A stretch of 64,000 bases of DNA, taken from the IMG/VR virus record IMGVR_UViG_3300042886_000689. One strand, 5' to 3'. Each line of letters begins with the position of its first letter. The first letter of the stretch is position 1. Below, piece by piece: positions 62,012-64,000 of this stretch. The DNA is from an uncultured virus (IMG/VR IMGVR_UViG_3300042886_000689) (taxonomy: Duplodnaviria; Heunggongvirae; Uroviricota; Caudoviricetes). Under the pieces are notes generated by a model. It was not told the DNA's origin and ran no database searches. It worked only from the letters and a program-made list of their open reading frames with translations. Position numbers and translations under genes: made by a program.

Positions 62012-64000
62012 ATGAGTTTAATTAATGGTAAATTTATCCTCGGAAGTACGGTCACAGGCTCGGCTATTCGTCTAGACAATGATCAATTTCTACGCGCAAG
62101 AAACGCTGCTGATACTGGTGACATTAACATTTTAAAAGTAAATGCAAGCGATGAGATTGAATTTTCTCAAATTCCAATAGTTACTGGCCTTGGTGCTCTT
62201 GCTCTTGATTCTGATGTTGCCGCACTTCAAGGCGATGTTTCTACTCTTCAATCACTTCAAGCTGACTATTTACTCCTCGACGGAACAAGGGCCATGACTG
62301 GTTCCTTGAACATGGGTACTCATACAATTACAGACGTAGTTGATCCGGTTGATCCGCAAGATGCAGCAACTAAATCATGGGTTGAGGCGCAGATTTCTGC
62401 TGGTGATCCTAATAAGGCAAATACTAATCTCGATAACTTAGTTGCAAGTGCTGATGCTACTTTTGGATATAAGCTTTACTCGAACGTCACGTTCGATAAA
62501 GGGGCAGGGGTAGCAGTAAGTATTTTCGGAAAAGAAAATATTGCTGGTCAAGCGTCTGGTAGCATGAGTGTCAACTCAGGAAATATTACTGGTGGTTCCG
62601 CATTAACTTCAGGATTTAATCTTATTTCATCTGGTGCCGTAACTGGTTCTGGGAACGGAACTTCTGGTGCTGTTCAATTAAGTTCCGGTAATACAATTAC
62701 AGGCAACTCGGGCCAAGCTGGTTTGTTTTCAGGTGTTTCTTCTAATGGTGGAAATACTGGCCCTGCCACTGTTCAATCTGGGGCTGTAACTTCTGGCCTG
62801 TCTGGTAATGCCACGATGAGTTCTGGTAATGCTTCAACAACTGGTTCGTCTGGAAGTCTATTTATTAGAAGTGGAACAGTTTTAAATGGAACTTCTGGTA
62901 ACGCTCAAATGTTTTCAGGAAGTGCTACAACAGGTACGTCTGGAAATGTTGCTGCCCAGTCAGGTTCAGCGACTATAGGCAGTACAGGCCCTAGCTTTAT
63001 GGGGTCGGGAAGTATCACGGGTATAAGCTCAACTGGTACTTCGGGAAGCGCAAATCTATATACAGGAAGCTTAGTAGGAATAAATTCAACTGGTGAAACA
63101 GGCCCAATCGAAATAACTGTCGGTGATATTCTTGGTGCCGGTGGAGTCGGTAACTCTGGTTATGTTTTACTCCGCTCAGGTAATACTCTTGCTGGAAATT
63201 CTGGCATAGTAACAATTAACTCTGGTGAATCTAGTCTTGGCAACTCTGGTGACATTAATGTTGCTACAGGTATATCAACCGTTCTAACGGGTCAAGTTAG
63301 AGCGGCTTCTGGTAACGCAACTGGTTCTGGAAATACTGGTGAGGCAATTTTTGAATCAGGCTCATCCGATAGCGGTACTACAGGTGTGGCCGTTTTAAAT
63401 TCTGGTGATACTCAAACAGGATTCACTGGTGAAGTTTATGTTCAAACAGGTGAGGCTTTAGCCTCTGGTGGTTCTTCTGGTGCCATGATTATTCAAACAG
63501 GAAATGCCGTTGATACGATAACGGGTGCTCTTTCAATTTTTACAGGCTCATCTATTGATTCTTCTGGTGAAGTCTTAATCTATTCAGGAAATTCTGTAGA
63601 TGAAATAACTGGCAACGCATCTCTTTCAAGTGGTGACAGCACAAACGCAGCTTCAGGCGCGGTCATTTTAAAAACAGGTTCAGGTGTCGGGTCAGGGGTT
63701 GTTCAAATTTTTTCAGGTGAGTCTACGTCAAGTGGTGCTGCATCTGGTGATATTTTTATGTCAACTGGAACTGTGCCTGTTGATACAAACACTGGTTCAA
63801 TGTTCTTTGCTACTCTTGCCGTTACAGGAACAGGAGAATCAGGGAAGCATGAATTCACTACTGGTTCTTCGGAAACAGGCGCGACAGGATTGTTTAACGT
63901 AACTACAGGGTACTCGGAATCTGGTGCCACTGGAACAATTGAACTTTATACAGGTGGAACAAACACTGGCAGTACGGGTGGAATATATCTCCTCACTGGA
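62012..64000 (+). CDS. Ser/Gly-repeat fibre/spike protein (3'-truncated by the window end; not in ORF track)
   Basis: AAGGAAG RBS; MSLINGKFILGSTVTGSAIRLDNDQFLRARNAADTGDINILKVNASDEIEF; LLLDGTRAMTGSLNMG...DAATKSWV; then about 15-aa [ST]G-x5-[ST]G repeats, open to 64000. Confidence 0.85.
   Translation, partial: MSLINGKFILGSTVTGSAIRLDNDQFLRARNAADTGDINILKVNASDEIEFSQIPIVTGLGALALDSDVAALQGDVSTLQSLQADYLLLDGTRAMTGSLNMGTHTITDVVDPVDPQDAATKSWVEAQISAGDPNKANTNLDNLVASADATFGYKLYSNVTFDKGAGVAVSIFGKENIAGQASGSMSVNSGNITGGSALTSGFNLISSGAVTGSGNGTSGAVQLSSGNTITGNSGQAGLFSGVSSNGGNTGPATVQSGAVTSGLSGNATMSSGNASTTGSSGSLFIRSGTVLNGTSGNAQMFSGSATTGTSGNVAAQSGSATIGSTGPSFMGSGSITGISSTGTSGSANLYTGSLVGINSTGETGPIEITVGDILGAGGVGNSGYVLLRSGNTLAGNSGIVTINSGESSLGNSGDINVATGISTVLTGQVRAASGNATGSGNTGEAIFESGSSDSGTTGVAVLNSGDTQTGFTGEVYVQTGEALASGGSSGAMIIQTGNAVDTITGALSIFTGSSIDSSGEVLIYSGNSVDEITGNASLSSGDSTNAASGAVILKTGSGVGSGVVQIFSGESTSSGAASGDIFMSTGTVPVDTNTGSMFFATLAVTGTGESGKHEFTTGSSETGATGLFNVTTGYSESGATGTIELYTGGTNTGSTGGIYLLTG

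Larger units (their letters stand above)
1..64000. mobile_element. Bacteriophage/virus genome segment with protein-primed-type PolB, probably tailless with internal membrane
   Basis: Phage-like gene density, many small ORFs, pPolB, lysozyme, fibre proteins, tRNAs; no housekeeping genes, integrase, terminase, portal or HK97 capsid recognised. Confidence 0.9.

Noticed and set aside
63015..63930. Short ORFs near the right end
   Set aside because: They overlap the long open frame starting at 62012, which explains the region.
1..64000. Stop-codon reassignment
   Set aside because: Long genes are intact under the standard code, all three stops end genes, and no suppressor tRNA is present.

Overview
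The whole 64-kb window looks like one densely coding, AT-rich bacterial virus genome segment (standard code, Shine-Dalgarno sites, sigma70-like promoters, intrinsic terminators). No host housekeeping genes, integrase, terminase, portal, HK97-fold capsid or tail tube/sheath gene is recognisable. Layout: (i) 641-9984 (+) replication module with a RecD/Pif1-like SF1B helicase, a phage Dam-like methyltransferase, a candidate terminal protein and a protein-primed-type family B DNA polymerase; (ii) 10004-22302 (mostly -) multi-domain proteins whose modules are separated by a recurrent basic-x-Asn-Pro linker, small membrane proteins, a membrane-anchored GH108 lysozyme and a GT2; (iii) 22380-26092 (+) XRE regulator, candidate SSB, GT9; (iv) 26058-39458 (-) paralogous spike/fibre genes (shared ~115-aa domain, beta-helix, collagen, tail-collar and coiled-coil fibres); (v) 39611-47380 (+) many small ORFs and two tRNAs (Gln-UUG, Ser-UGA); (vi) 47632-64000 (+) structural module with a transglutaminase-like Cys-His-Asp enzyme, tail-anchored membrane proteins carrying DFG/MG motifs, a histone-H1-like protein, four paralogous beta-rich ~200-aa proteins (probable single jelly-roll capsid proteins) and a Ser/Gly-repeat fibre running off the window end. 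Best reading (inference): an unusually large, probably tailless, internal-membrane virus with protein-primed replication. The most striking unexplained signals are two protein motif codes (NP linkers and DFG/MG leaders), which suggest proteolytic processing or packaging of virion cargo, and a three-hairpin ANGGA RNA element resembling a CsrA/RsmA sponge. All family assignments come from reading motifs by eye; no database searches were run.
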